From: Paraspadella gotoi
Lineage: Eukaryota; Animalia; Chaetognatha
Assembly (NCBI GenBank): GCA_051294375.1
Contig: CM119265.1
Span: 6,953,489-7,017,488, forward strand
DNA: 64,000 nucleotides
Reading direction: 5' to 3'
Below are positions 62,813 to 64,000 of this stretch, piece by piece (position 1 is the first letter of the stretch; each line of letters begins with the position of its first letter). The notes under the pieces are model-generated. The model saw only the letters and a list, made by a program, of their open reading frames with translations, had not been told where the DNA came from and did not search any database. A program made the position numbers and the translations under genes.

Positions 62813-63770
62813 TTTTTAAAAAAGTTCTTTTAATTGTCTTTAAGGTTGGCCTCGGCCAAGGATATCTCGAACTCCCCCAAGTTCACGTTCCTCACAACAA
62901 GTTGACGCAAAAAGTGCTGGACTCTAAGAACGTTTACATCCTTGACTGCATCACCGACATTTTTGTCTGGATTGGGAAGAAATCAACGCGGTTCGTCAGA
63001 GCCGCCGCCGTCAAGCTTTCGCAGGAATTGTCCAATATGCTGAACCGTCCTAAAAACGCGCTCATTACCCGGTATGGGTCCAATGGGTTTCAGTGAATTT
63101 TTGCTAAATTAAGTATTATTATTAAATATTAATTCAAATTCAGAGAAATAAATCTTATGCAGCTAAGGTTTCACAATTCAATAAAAACTGCCTTTCTTTT
63201 AGTATTTTGGAAAATACCGAGAGTCAAATATTCAAGTCAAAGTTCGTGAATTGGGACGACGTTTTGGCGGTGGACTATTCAAAGGCGGCCAATGAGCAGC
63301 CGGGAATGGTGCCGCCTACGCCCACCACCGGAGCCAGGGGCGTGGACAAGACGGAAGAGATGAAAAAGAACGTCGCCCCGAAACCAAAGGCCGATTTGTC
63401 GGCACTCTTTTTGCCGAGGTGAGTGAAATGCTTGTAATTCATTCCGGTCTTGAATTAACTGAAGAATTATCATACCTCATGTTAATGAAATAATTAAAAG
63501 TTAGTTAATTGTTAATTTAAATTTAGGCAATCTAAGTAAGTCATTGAAACATTTTAGACAATTGGACACCACCTGCGCCCCAACCTGTTTTTAGTGTGTT
63601 ATTGTTTAATTTAAATCTTGTATAAACTAGACAAACGATCATGTCTGAAGACGAGGCAAACGCTCTCACCGACGAATGGAACGAAGAACTCGATCGAATC
63701 GAATCATTTGTTTTGGAAGGAAGCAAATTCGTTCGCCTGCCCGACGAAGAGTTCGGACTTTTTTATTCCG
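53425..63770 (+). CDS. FLII: Flightless-I (LRR plus gelsolin repeats), 3'-partial, about 17 exons in the window
   Basis: [21 protein letters not shown]-terminus, LRRs, DPLARKKRL linker, gelsolin motifs ([45 protein letters not shown]). Confidence 0.96.
54926..55827 (+). mobile_element. Second, shorter and more degenerate copy of the CRE element, in a FLII intron
   Basis: Closely similar to the 3' 0.9 kb of the 32051-34347 copy; poly(A) tail; AATTATATG on both flanks. Confidence 0.9.
59839..60051. mobile_element. Short copy of MITE family D, in a FLII intron
   Basis: Same TIRs, flanked by TA. Confidence 0.8.
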
Positions 63771-64000
63771 GTTAGAAAAAAAAGTTTTTGGATGAATTTT
63801 TAGCCGGATCTGCTTACAGCTGATTCCGGCTCTATAATTCACTTTGTCGGTCCGCCCCCCCAATCTTGTCGGGCATTCACTTATATCATGTCAGAACATC
63901 GAATTATGATAAATTATACAAAAGAATGTCCGTCTGTCCGTCCCACCTTAGCAAAAAACACCAATTTCTCGTGATTTGATCTATTGATTGGAATGAAATT

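Overview
Eukaryotic genomic DNA, inferred to be from an invertebrate animal: AT-rich non-coding sequence, more GC-rich exons, and many 55-90 nt introns alongside others swollen by transposons. All 13 protein-coding genes I can identify lie on the + strand: DHX33 (5' end outside the window), TMCO1, SF3B1, Polycomb/CBX, SEL1L, SMARCB1/SNF5, AMMECR1 with a long N-terminal extension, an orphan tail-anchored protein, epsin, SF3B4, RPL36A, IgSF9/Turtle-like, and Flightless-I (3' end outside the window). Several stop-to-start gaps are only 118-281 bp and contain intron-type 3' acceptors just before the next ATG, the pattern expected of polycistronic operons resolved by spliced-leader (SL) trans-splicing (inference; no SL RNA seen). 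Introns and gaps contain four minimal hammerhead ribozyme motifs in Penelope-like repeats, one of them split by a CRE-clade retrotransposon. They also contain three ~250-bp highly structured elements with 4-bp target-site duplications (TSDs) and tRNA-like promoter boxes, three Helentron/DINE-like families all in gene orientation, and hAT and Tc1/mariner-type MITEs. Exon boundaries were read by eye and may be off by a few bases.
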